Part shown: one piece after another, positions 40,197-49,081 of the stretch
Layout: each line of letters opens with the position of its first letter
How positions within the stretch are numbered: position 1 is the stretch's first letter
Source: Candidatus Latescibacterota bacterium
Lineage (GTDB): Bacteria; Latescibacterota; UBA2968; GCA-2709665
Direction: 5' to 3'
Assembly (NCBI GenBank): GCA_965205485.1
Contig: OZ242180.1
Span: 3,680,001-3,744,000 of the forward strand
Length of the DNA: 64,000 bases
Made by a program: the position numbers and the translations under genes
The notes under the pieces: generated by a model
The model's database searches: none
What the model saw: only the letters and a program-made list of their open reading frames with translations
What the model was told of the DNA's origin: nothing

Positions 40197-41251
40197 TTAC
40201 CAGTCTCTGCGGCCGACGTACAAGCTCCGGTTGGTCATCGGTAGCGCGACGCGTTGCCCGCCCAATCGGTGCGATTCGATCATGCCCATCAACATCTCCT
40301 GGCTCCGGCGAGCGAGGTGCACCGGCCCCTTTGTCTCTCGGTCCGTATCGATCGCCTCTGCGATGTCTGTGATGCCCATCACGGTTCCGGTGGTGCGGGG
40401 TACGTCCGGGAACGGCGCCTCTTCGAAGAAGATGTGACTCTTTTTGCGGAGTTGGCATTCCCGGCTGTTGTTGAGGATGCGGATCTTCCCCTCGCTGCCG
40501 CAGACCTCGAATTCGGGACCGGTGCCCGCCGTGTTGTAGCCGTGGACGCCATTTGCAAAGCGGACGTAGCCGCCGGTAATCGCCGGGTCGACATCCAGCC
40601 GGTTGCCGTCCCAATCGGAGTCGCTGCAGACAGCGGTACCCTGTACGAAGTCGACTTCCGGGTCGCCGGCGAGGAAGAGCAGCATATCGGCGGCGTGCGT
40701 CAAGCCCCAGAGTGCTGAACTCGCGCCGTATTGTGCGATCGTGCACTGGATATTTCCGATCTCGCCGGCATCCACCAACTCGCGTACCTTGCGATAGACC
40801 GGTATATAGCGGCGCTGCGTGCCGTAGTTGAATTTGACCCCGTACCTCTGGACAACGTCGACCATCGCATCCGCTTCTTCCATCGAACAGCAGAGCGGCT
40901 TTTCGCAGTAGATGCCCCTGACGTTGTTCTCAGCGGCGAAGACCGTGATTTCCGCGTGCGGTCCGGGCCGGGTGGCGATGCAGACGATGTCCGGCTTCTC
41001 TTTTTCGATCATCTGTCGATAGTCGGTGTAGGCGCGCCCGGCGCCGTAGCGTTGCCGTATGGATTCCGCTTTCCCGGCGACAACGTCTGAAACGGCGACG
41101 AGATTGGTTCTGTTACAGGCGACAGCGGCTGCGGCGTGCGAGAATGGTTGCCACAGAAAGCGATCCGGACGGCCTTCGACTTCGTCGTCAATTGTCGCGC
41201 CCATCCGTCCGCATCCGATCAGGCAGGCTCTGTAGGTGCGTCACGCGGCAT
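40197..41251 (-). CDS. Gfo/Idh/MocA oxidoreductase (apparent one-base frameshift just after the start at ~41238)
   Basis: YRACLIGCGRMG upstream of the ORF-track start; IYCEKP; the ATG at 41251 is one base out of frame. Confidence 0.85.
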
Positions 41252-41462
41252 AATGCCCGATGCTCTCCTTCACGCGTTGCTGTTCCGCACCTATATATGA
41301 TGAATCAATCTGCACATCCGGGAAATGCGATATCAGGGCCGGACAGGTTTATGCAGACCACCACCAGAACCGGCGGATTTGCGGGCTGGCCCACCGAGAC
41401 CCGTTGAATGGAGGTTAAATCGATGAAACTGCAATATCCGCGGAAACTTACTATATATGATG

Positions 41463-41682
41463 TAGAACTGGTTGCGCGGGGATCAGCGCGGTCAAGCAGG
41501 TTGAGGCGGCCGGTCTGCTCGGGCTTTCTCAACCCGATGTGTCGCGGCTGCTGCGGGGCGACTTCACGGAATACTCAATGGAGCGGTTGCTGCGCCTTCT
41601 GACGATGCTGGGACGTGACGTGGATATCGTCATCCGTGAAAACCGTTCGGCGCGACAAGGCCGACTCCGGGTCGGAGTGTAA
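41463..41682 (+). pseudogene. Degenerate XRE/HTH_37-type antitoxin fragment
   Basis: Manual translation KQVEAAGLLGLSQPDVSRLLRGDFTEYSMERLLRLLTMLGRDVDIVIR; no intact N-terminus. Confidence 0.65.
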
Positions 41683-41792
41683 GCCGCAGAGGAGTGATTC
41701 ACGGTCGCAGATGATCCGCCGAATTCCTTATAAATGATGTAGATTGCGTGTCGGATCTGTCAAACGACATTTACGACAAAACGGGGACGCCG

Positions 41793-42056
41793 ATGAAACT
41801 ATCCAGCCGGATCAAGTCAATCAGCTATCTGAGGGCCAACGCCTCGGAGATCGTGCGCACGCTCCGCGAGCAGGGAGAGCCCATGGTCATCACCCGGAAC
41901 GGCGAACATGGCGGTGCTGCAGGACATCCACAGCTTCGAAAAAACGCAGGAGACGATTGCGTTGCTCAAGACACTTGCACTGGGCAACCGACATATGAGG
42001 CCGGCCACGTCGAACCAGCGGACGACCTTCGCGCGGCTACGGGAACGTACACGTGA
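41793..42056 (+). pseudogene. Phd/YefM antitoxin with frameshifts
   Basis: IKSISYLRANASEIV...PMVITRNGE, continuing in another frame as AVLQDIHSFEKTQETIALLKTLALG. Confidence 0.7.
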
Positions 42057-42130
42057 TCGCTAATGGCCATTAATGTACAGAGGACGGCCTTCTATTACAT
42101 GAGAGGTCGGGAAGCTGCTGCTGATCGTCT

Positions 42131-42832
42131 CTACTCCTGACGTCGAATCTCCACGTACCGTTCCAGGCGCGCGACCTCGCGATCGTCCACGTACTTGCCG
42201 ATTTCGCGGCGGAACTGCTCGATGTTCGAATAGGGACGGTACTCCTCGAACTCGTGCGCCATGCGCCTGCCCACGCCGGGGACGGCGAGGATCTCGTCTC
42301 TGGTGGCCGTGTTCAAGTCGATGGGCACGAAGACGTATCGCCCCATGCGTCCGACCTCGGCGTCGTCAATGTATTTGCCCATCTCGCGCTCCCACTGGGC
42401 GATGGCCGTATAAGGACGGTACTCCTCGAACTCGTGCGCGATCCGCTCTCCCACGCCCGGCACCAGGAGCATCTCCGCGTTGCTGGCGTTGTTCAGGTTG
42501 ATCGGGACGAACATCTGCACGTAAAGGTTCTTCGCCTCCTCCTGGCTCAGGTGCTGTGCGACCAACGCGTGCAACGCTTCCATATTGAGGAAAGGGCGCT
42601 GCTGACGAATTGCGTCGGCGAGTTCCTTGCTCATCCCCGGGAGTGCGCGGAGTTCATCGCCTAACGCGAGATTCGGGTTCACGACCACGGGGCTGCTCGC
42701 GCCTTGCGCTGGAGCATCTTCGGATCTGGGCGTCTCATTCACTTTTGGGTCGGCGCAGGTCCACAGTAGCGCGAGACCCAGGCAGCACACAGCCAGGAGG
42801 GTTAACGCTCGTATTTCCTGGAAGTTTGCCAT
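42131..42832 (-). CDS. Helix-hairpin-helix (ComEA/HHH_3-like) exported protein with internal duplication
   Basis: Two copies of P(I)xLN.A...E.L.VPGVG.R.AHEFEEYRPY; N-terminal hydrophobic or lipoprotein signal. Confidence 0.75.
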   Translation of the reverse strand: MANFQEIRALTLLAVCCLGLALLWTCADPKVNETPRSEDAPAQGASSPVVVNPNLALGDELRALPGMSKELADAIRQQRPFLNMEALHALVAQHLSQEEAKNLYVQMFVPINLNNASNAEMLLVPGVGERIAHEFEEYRPYTAIAQWEREMGKYIDDAEVGRMGRYVFVPIDLNTATRDEILAVPGVGRRMAHEFEEYRPYSNIEQFRREIGKYVDDREVARLERYVEIRRQE

Positions 42833-42860
42833 ATTCTCCTTTATCGTCTCGAATTCAACT

Positions 42861-43325
42861 TCATAGTGTGTCGAACCCGTGCCAGCCGGGTAGGGCTGCC
42901 GACTGGCGGACCCACGCTGTCATCTGCGCTTCGTCGAACTCGTCTTCGTAGATGTCCACCCAGCGCGAGTCCCTGTCCTTGCCCGAGCCGGGAGGGATGG
43001 GTCGTAGCGACGCGCCGTTGAGGAAAGTCACCTTGACGTAACGGGTGAAGACGTGGTAACTCGCGAACCAGCCCTGGCCCTCGATGCCATACCACGGCGA
43101 GTTCCACCTCACGGCCTTGCGCACGTCTGGCACCGTGCGAACGATGAGGTCGTCGAGGCGTCGCCCGACGTCGCGCTTCCAGCCCGGCATGGCCGCGATG
43201 TACGCCTGCACGGGGGCGTCGCCGTCGGCCTTCGCGATCTGAGGGTTGCCGCCCGATAGAAGTATCGGTTTCGCGCCAGTCTTCCTTGCAGTCTCGTGTG
43301 CCTTCCCGGACGTCCCGGCATCCAT
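42861..43325 (-). CDS. DUF1801 (YdhG-like) protein
   Basis: LLSGGNPQIAKADGDAPVQAYIAAMPGWK, KAVRWNSPWYG. Confidence 0.8.
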   Translation of the reverse strand: MDAGTSGKAHETARKTGAKPILLSGGNPQIAKADGDAPVQAYIAAMPGWKRDVGRRLDDLIVRTVPDVRKAVRWNSPWYGIEGQGWFASYHVFTRYVKVTFLNGASLRPIPPGSGKDRDSRWVDIYEDEFDEAQMTAWVRQSAALPGWHGFDTL

Positions 43326-43492
43326 GGCGTTTTCTCCGATCCGCGGTTCCCGGCCGATTGGAAATACCCGGTTACAGCTACGTCCTTGCGGGTTTTCGGT
43401 CCCGGCCATCGTTTCGCTTCTGATACGACGAGGCCCCGGAGGATGCGTCCTTCGGGGCGTTATTCAGTCGCTTGCGATGACGATCGAAAAAT

Positions 43493-43568
43493 TGGCTCCG
43501 GCGGTAGGACTCGAACCTACGACCTAGTGGTTAACAGCCACCCGCTCTGCCAGCTGAGCTACGCCGGA
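43493..43568 (-). tRNA. tRNA-Asn(GTT)
   Basis: TCCGGCGTAGCTCAG...GGTGGCT-GTT-AACCAC...GGTTCGAGTCC...GCCGGAGCCA, 76 nt; promoter TTGACA-17-TAATTT at 43593-43621. Confidence 0.97.
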
Positions 43569-43799
43569 ACCCAGGTATCCGGAAGCGGGAGGAAATTACC
43601 ATAAGGGGCTTGTGGTGTCAAGCATAAAATCGGTTTCAGCGGTCATTGCCGACGCCGCAAAAACGGCCTCTCCCTCATCAGGTGGCAGGGGTCCCGGCGG
43701 GCGTCTGCGTGCCGGGATTCTGCCTTGACATCATGCACGGCGCGGTCTAATTTTGGGCCATGTCGTTTCGAGACGTAAAACCCTTCGCACGGAGATGAA

Positions 43800-45110
43800 A
43801 TGAATCCGATTGCACAGCGGATTCTGAAGCGACTGCGGCGGCCTGCAAGTATCGGAAACGTAAAGTTGCCGGATGAGTTCGTGTGGCCCGCGTACGACGG
43901 GTACAGCCTGCCGAACGTGGCGCCAACCGTGTTGCGGCATTTCGGCATCGGCGGGATTCGGTCGCCGGGGCTGGCGGAAGAGGTCGTGGGCGGCGAACTC
44001 GTCGGCGCGGAGAAGCTGGTCGTCACGCTGGTGGACGCGTTGGGGTACCTGACGTTGACGCGGGCGATGGACTCCGGTAAAGTACCAGGTTTCCGTGCGC
44101 TGGCTGAGCGGGGGCGGTTCGTGCCGCTCACGTCGGTTTTTCCATCCACGACGGCGGCTGCGCTTTCGTCGTTTCACACGGGGCTGCCGCCGGCCGGACA
44201 CGGCGTCGCGGGCTACCGGATGTACATGCCGGACCGTGGATACGTGGCGAATATGATCCGATTGAGCCCGGAGGCGGACGAACGGTTCGGGCGCATGCTG
44301 CTGAACAGCGACGACGCCAGGACACTGCTGGGCGTGCCCACGGTACACAGCCTGTTGACGGCGGCCGGGATTTCGTCCTATTGCATGATTCACCGGTCGC
44401 TGGCGCACAGCGGCCTGTCGGAGATGTTGTACGACGGCGCTACCGACGTGATTCCGTTCGTGAATGCATCGGACCTGTTCATCCAGGTTCGAAGCATGTT
44501 GACCTCGGATCCGGGACGACCCGCGTGTATCTGGCTCTATACGGACACGTTGGACACGATCCAGCACAAATACGGCACCAGGGGCGAAGAACCCGAGGGT
44601 GAGATCTACAGCCTGGGTTACGCGATTGAAAGAGAGCTGCTTTCGCCACTCGAAGGTCAAGACGTGAGCGCCGTGTTCATGCTCCTCGCCGACCACGGGC
44701 ATATTCAGGTGGACGAGGAGGACATCGTACAGGTCGCGGAGGTACCGGGGCTGAAGCGCCTGCTCGCGGCCCCGCCGACGGGTACGGCCCGGTCGGCGTA
44801 TTTTCACGCGCGTGCCGGGGCCGTGACGGATGTCATGTCCGCTCTTGAAACCGGACTGGCCGGATCGGCGTACGTCGTAGAAACCGAAAAGGCTCTCGCC
44901 GGCGGCCTGTGGGGAACCGGAATGCGCGCGCCGGAACTGTCAGGCAGGATCGGCGACGTGCTTGCACTGATGCGCGGCAGCGCCACCCTGTTCCACGCAT
45001 ACAGGGACGACGCCGTTCCGTCCGATATCGCGGGCGGCCGGCACGGAGGGCTGCACGAGCGGGAAATGTTGGTCCCCTTCTTCATCGCGAGGCTGGGTAA
45101 ACGCCGGTGA
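43800..45110 (+). CDS. Alkaline-phosphatase-superfamily nucleotide pyrophosphatase/phosphodiesterase
   Basis: LVDALG, SVFPSTT, DTIQHKYG, ADHGH, HGGL...EMLVP. Confidence 0.88.
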   Translation: MNPIAQRILKRLRRPASIGNVKLPDEFVWPAYDGYSLPNVAPTVLRHFGIGGIRSPGLAEEVVGGELVGAEKLVVTLVDALGYLTLTRAMDSGKVPGFRALAERGRFVPLTSVFPSTTAAALSSFHTGLPPAGHGVAGYRMYMPDRGYVANMIRLSPEADERFGRMLLNSDDARTLLGVPTVHSLLTAAGISSYCMIHRSLAHSGLSEMLYDGATDVIPFVNASDLFIQVRSMLTSDPGRPACIWLYTDTLDTIQHKYGTRGEEPEGEIYSLGYAIERELLSPLEGQDVSAVFMLLADHGHIQVDEEDIVQVAEVPGLKRLLAAPPTGTARSAYFHARAGAVTDVMSALETGLAGSAYVVETEKALAGGLWGTGMRAPELSGRIGDVLALMRGSATLFHAYRDDAVPSDIAGGRHGGLHEREMLVPFFIARLGKRR

Positions 45111-45253
45111 CTCAGGATACCCCATGGGCATTCAGGTTGAAACGACCGGTCTGCAAGGCCCCTTCATGCGGGAAAACGGTTGACGTCGAGCCTGGAAACC
45201 GGTAATTTTGTCGGACCATCAAGTAGATAATCGGTAGACGATTTTCCGCCCGG

Positions 45254-45730
45254 GTGGTGCGTTTATTGACAGACGCGGATGAAGCCGGAATGGAACTGGC
45301 GCTTGCCGAGGCGCGCGCCGCCGGCGATGCCGGCGAGGTGCCGGTCGGCGCCGTGATTCTGCGGAACGGTGAGGTGGTGGGACGGGGGCAGAACCGCATT
45401 CTGAGGGACAACGATCCCACGGCCCACGCGGAGATGCTGGCCATCAAGTCTGCGGCGTCCCTCACCGGAATGAAATGGCTGACCGACTGCGCCGTCTACG
45501 TCACGCTGGAACCGTGCGCGATGTGCGCGGGCGCGCTCGTGCTGGCTCGGGTGTCCCGCCTGGTGTTCGGGGCGGAGGATCCGAAAACGGGAGCGTGCGG
45601 CTCCCTGCGGAACGTCGTCGATGATTCGAGGCTTAACCACCGGATCGACGTTCGTCGATCCGTCCTCGAAGAACCCTGCTCGGAGATGTTGAAACGGTTC
45701 TTTCAAGATTTGCGCCGGAAAGACGCGTAA
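45254..45730 (+). CDS. tadA: tRNA adenosine(34) deaminase
   Basis: GEVPVGAV, DPTAHAE, TLEPCAMC, LNHR. Confidence 0.93.
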   Translation: MVRLLTDADEAGMELALAEARAAGDAGEVPVGAVILRNGEVVGRGQNRILRDNDPTAHAEMLAIKSAASLTGMKWLTDCAVYVTLEPCAMCAGALVLARVSRLVFGAEDPKTGACGSLRNVVDDSRLNHRIDVRRSVLEEPCSEMLKRFFQDLRRKDA

Positions 45731-45786
45731 CGCGGCGCCGGAAGTCGGCGTCGCATACGGATTTCCAGCGTGGCCCGCATTCGAGC

Positions 45787-45877
<91 letters not shown>

Positions 45878-45993
45878 AGAATCTTACACGGGAATTATGA
45901 TACGATTTACCAAGTGAACAGGGTGCAGGTCACGTTAGATGAGGGGTTTTCGAATCGGACCGCAAAACAGCTGATGAGGAGGTTTGACTACGT

Positions 45994-46620
45994 ATGAGCG
46001 GTGTATTCATATATTGGAACAACTCGAATGTCTTTTACGAGGCGCAGCGACTTGCGGAGGAGCTGTATGGAGACCCCACCGCGCGTTTTCGTGTCCGTAT
46101 TCACTTTGAAAATCTGTTTCGATTGGCGCAGGCGGACAGAAGTTTGGAAAAGGCATACGCTGCTGGTTCCATTCCTCCGGAAATGAACCAATTATGGAAT
46201 CGTCTGGAGAATCAGGACGTGGAAGTTTATTTGTTTGATCGTGGAACAACCGGCGGAGGAGAGCAAGAGACACCTGACCAATGGCTGCAATTGCGTATGA
46301 TGGAGGATGGCTGGGACAATATTGAGAATCCTGGTATCGTGGTTTTGTTGACCGGTGACGGCGCCGGATACGTTGAAGGCCGTGGTTTTCATAGTACGTT
46401 GGAGCGTTTGTATAGAAGAGGTTGGAAAATCGAGGTCTTGTCCTGGAAGCATTGTTGCAATCGCGGAATGCGTCTGTGGGCCGAGAATAACGGTGTTTTC
46501 GTTCCGTTGGATGATTACTATGAATCCATTACGTTTCTGGAACCTTCTCGTCCAGGTTTTCCGTTTGCACTGCCACGCGATGTCTCAGTACTGGATCTGT
46601 CACAGCGTCCGGAGGCTTAG
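45994..46620 (+). CDS. NYN domain (PIN-like) protein
   Basis: FIYWNNSN, EQETPD, VVLLTGDG, GWKIEVLSW; lower GC than flanks (by eye). Confidence 0.75.
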   Translation: MSGVFIYWNNSNVFYEAQRLAEELYGDPTARFRVRIHFENLFRLAQADRSLEKAYAAGSIPPEMNQLWNRLENQDVEVYLFDRGTTGGGEQETPDQWLQLRMMEDGWDNIENPGIVVLLTGDGAGYVEGRGFHSTLERLYRRGWKIEVLSWKHCCNRGMRLWAENNGVFVPLDDYYESITFLEPSRPGFPFALPRDVSVLDLSQRPEA

Positions 46621-46770
46621 AAGTTGCTTTAAATTTACCGGTGAGTTCCGGAGCGCGAGCGAAAAAGAGGCGGTCAAGGCGGGAGAATCCGCACATATTT
46701 AATGTATCGTGGCTGCGCGCCCCTCGCCACTCTTGGGTGGAGTTTACCAACGCCGACCGACGCTTCTGCC
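46620..46770. mobile_element. Diverged copy of the 52433-52594 MITE-like element, opposite orientation, with insertions
   Basis: GAGCGCGAGCGAAAAAG.GGCGGTCAAGGCGGGA.AATCCGC.CATATTT...ACCAACGCCGACCG shared with the reverse complement of 52433-52594. Confidence 0.75.
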
Positions 46771-47032
46771 AGTTAGGCTTCTTCGCAAGATGCGTAGAAG
46801 TATAGTCATGCTGCTTGCAAGAGGTAAGGCGTAGAAATCCCCCGACCGCATCAGCCGTTGCCGGCCCTTCGACAAGCTCATGGACCGTCTCGGCCTCTGC
46901 GATTCCCCTCAAGGGGAAGTGATTGGATCTTAAAACTGGCTCGCGCGTTGACTTCCATCTATTCGGTTGCGGCTGAGCATAGCGAAGCCGCGCTAGGGTA
47001 GACGGCAACGATACTATATTTTATTGAGTCAC

Positions 47033-47731
47033 CTAAACAAACCCCTCGTCCACAAGCCGGCTTCCACGCGACGTAATCTCGTGGCGTTCTCCCGAACTGC
47101 CCACCATTCTGCACCAGCTCTCCGAGACGAGCTTGGGTTGAATTCCATCCTTGTCCAAACGGTAGGAGAACCCTCCTGCCATGCCTGGTACGGGAAACCA
47201 CATTTCCGGCGATTCCAACTCCAGCAGCGGCTCCAGTTCAGGCAATCGCAGTTCCTGTTCGACCACCAGGCGTTCGGCGCGACCGCGGATGACGGCGTGA
47301 AAGTGCGCTTGAAGTCTGACAATTGACTCTCGTGGGACATGGTGCCTGAATACGGGAGTCAGAGTCGGGAGCAGGTGCCGATGCCCGCGCCTTTCGGCCA
47401 CGTCCACAGGTCTCTCTCCCCGAGCATTCCTTAGCGTCCGCCAGGCGCCCAGACCGATCAACCGCCCGGCAACCTCGACAGCCGCGCCGTGCCACGCGGC
47501 ATGATGCAGAGGGGCATACCAGGACGGACCGTCGGGCCGGGTGGCGTTGACCCAATCACCGGGCCGGGTTGGGTGCCGCCAATCCCTATATTTGTTTAGA
47601 AGCTCAAAGACGCGACTCCATTCGCCATCCCTGGCCGCGTCGGCCAGAGCGTGCCGGTCGATGGCTTCGTCGTTGTCGCAGAACCGGGTCTGCGTGAGCC
47701 CGTTCCAACAGATGGTGCGGTTCTCCGACAT
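47033..47731 (-). CDS. Ankyrin repeat domain protein
   Basis: SWYAPLHHAAWHGA, GERPVDVAERRGH; C-terminal WFPVPGMAGGF...SWCRMVG.SG.RH domain. Confidence 0.8.
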   Translation of the reverse strand: MSENRTICWNGLTQTRFCDNDEAIDRHALADAARDGEWSRVFELLNKYRDWRHPTRPGDWVNATRPDGPSWYAPLHHAAWHGAAVEVAGRLIGLGAWRTLRNARGERPVDVAERRGHRHLLPTLTPVFRHHVPRESIVRLQAHFHAVIRGRAERLVVEQELRLPELEPLLELESPEMWFPVPGMAGGFSYRLDKDGIQPKLVSESWCRMVGSSGERHEITSRGSRLVDEGFV

Positions 47732-48015
47732 GATCTGCCTCTCCGTTCCTATCGTCATCCATTCCCATACAGATTGATTCAAGGAATCTAGTAAAAGCGG
47801 TGGATCGGGTCAACTGCGGAGGGTCGACATAAAACATCATTCTTTGTCCATTTTGGGACTGGCGAGGAGAATCTGATTTCGCCCTGGAAAAAGTTGCGGA
47901 TATCGGGTGAATATTGTATCTTAATATTGTGAGAAAGCGGCGTGTTGTGGTCGTGGAGACAGTGAGACGAATGCCGGCCATCCGCCGCTATTTTTGAGTC
48001 TCGAACCGATTTTGT

Positions 48016-48108
<93 letters not shown>

Positions 48109-48185
48109 GAAACCTGTCTCGTCCCGGTCCGGCCGGTCTGCTGTCACGCAACGAAGATTCGCTTCTCGGGTCCGGAAAAGTTCCT

Positions 48186-48563
48186 ATGCCGCATTCCATC
48201 AGGATAACCCTGGGAGAGATTCAACTGGACGCTGAGCTGAACGATTCCGAAACCGCGTCCAGAATCCTGGCCGAGTTGCCCATCCGGAGCGGATTCAACA
48301 CCTGGGGCGACGAGATCTACTTTCAGATTCCCGTCACGGTCCACCCGGAAGACCCTCAGGAAACCGTGGAAGCGGGCGATCTCGCCTACTGGCCGCCCGG
48401 CAAGGCGTTCTGCATCTTCTGGGGGCCAACTCCAGCAAGCCAGGGCGACGAGATCCGGCCGGCCAGTCCCGTGAACCCCGTCGGACGGGTGCTATCGGGC
48501 GTGGAGGCGCTGAAAACGGCCTCACGGGCAGACGGGATATCAATTGAAAGAAGCGATGCATGA
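48186..48563 (+). CDS. Cyclophilin-like fold protein (DUF369/TM1367-like)
   Basis: WGDEIYF, GDLAYWPPGKAFCIFWGPTP. Confidence 0.85.
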   Translation: MPHSIRITLGEIQLDAELNDSETASRILAELPIRSGFNTWGDEIYFQIPVTVHPEDPQETVEAGDLAYWPPGKAFCIFWGPTPASQGDEIRPASPVNPVGRVLSGVEALKTASRADGISIERSDA

Positions 48564-48615
48564 AGAGCGGATGCCCTCGTCCTGCTCCTTGCCTCTCGCG
48601 CAGTCGGCGTTTTGT

Positions 48616-48691
48616 GGGGCTGTAGCTCAGTTGGGAGAGCGCCAGAATCGCACTCTGGAGGTCGTGGGTTCGAATCCCATCAGCTCCACCA
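48616..48691 (+). tRNA. tRNA-Ala(CGC)
   Basis: GGGGCTG/CAGCTCC acceptor stem with G3:U70, CCAGA-ATCGCAC-TCTGG anticodon arm, CCA end. Confidence 0.95.
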
Positions 48692-48734
48692 GAAACACAG
48701 CCGTCGGCCCTCTGCGGCGGACGGCTGATTGATC

Positions 48735-49009
48735 AGGTCGTGCTAGACGGGGAAGTAGCGGCGCCCTGTAGCCCGCAATCCGCTATAGCGGGGTTGAATT
48801 CCTCGTCTGAGGCTCTTCATTCCGGGATGTGATTCGGACAGTACGCGGTGTCGATCGCCAGGTCCTGCGCAACGGACGATTGCCGAACCCCGTCAGGACC
48901 GGAAGGTAGCAGCGGTAGGTAACCCGGCCCGTGTGCCGCGGGGCCCCCTGGCGGGAGCTTGCGCTTTCCGAAAACCCCGGCTTGAAAGCCGAAGCGGGGT
49001 GCACGGCCT
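48735..49009 (+). ncRNA. ffs: Large (Alu-domain-containing) bacterial SRP RNA
   Basis: Helix 8 CGTCAGGACCGGAAGGTAGCAGCG; 5' Alu GGGGAAGTAGCGGCGCCCTGTAGCCCGCAATCCGC; ends pair AGGTCGTGC/GCACGGCCT; upstream of dnaX. Confidence 0.92.
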
Positions 49010-49081
49010 TTTCAGCGTACCTTCCGGAAATCGTCTTCCTGTTCGTGCGTGCCCGATGGACGGATGAGAGGCTTGCACCGT

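Noticed and set aside
43800..45110. PglZ/BREX component
   Set aside because: Stand-alone alkaline-phosphatase-fold protein beside tadA with no other BREX genes.
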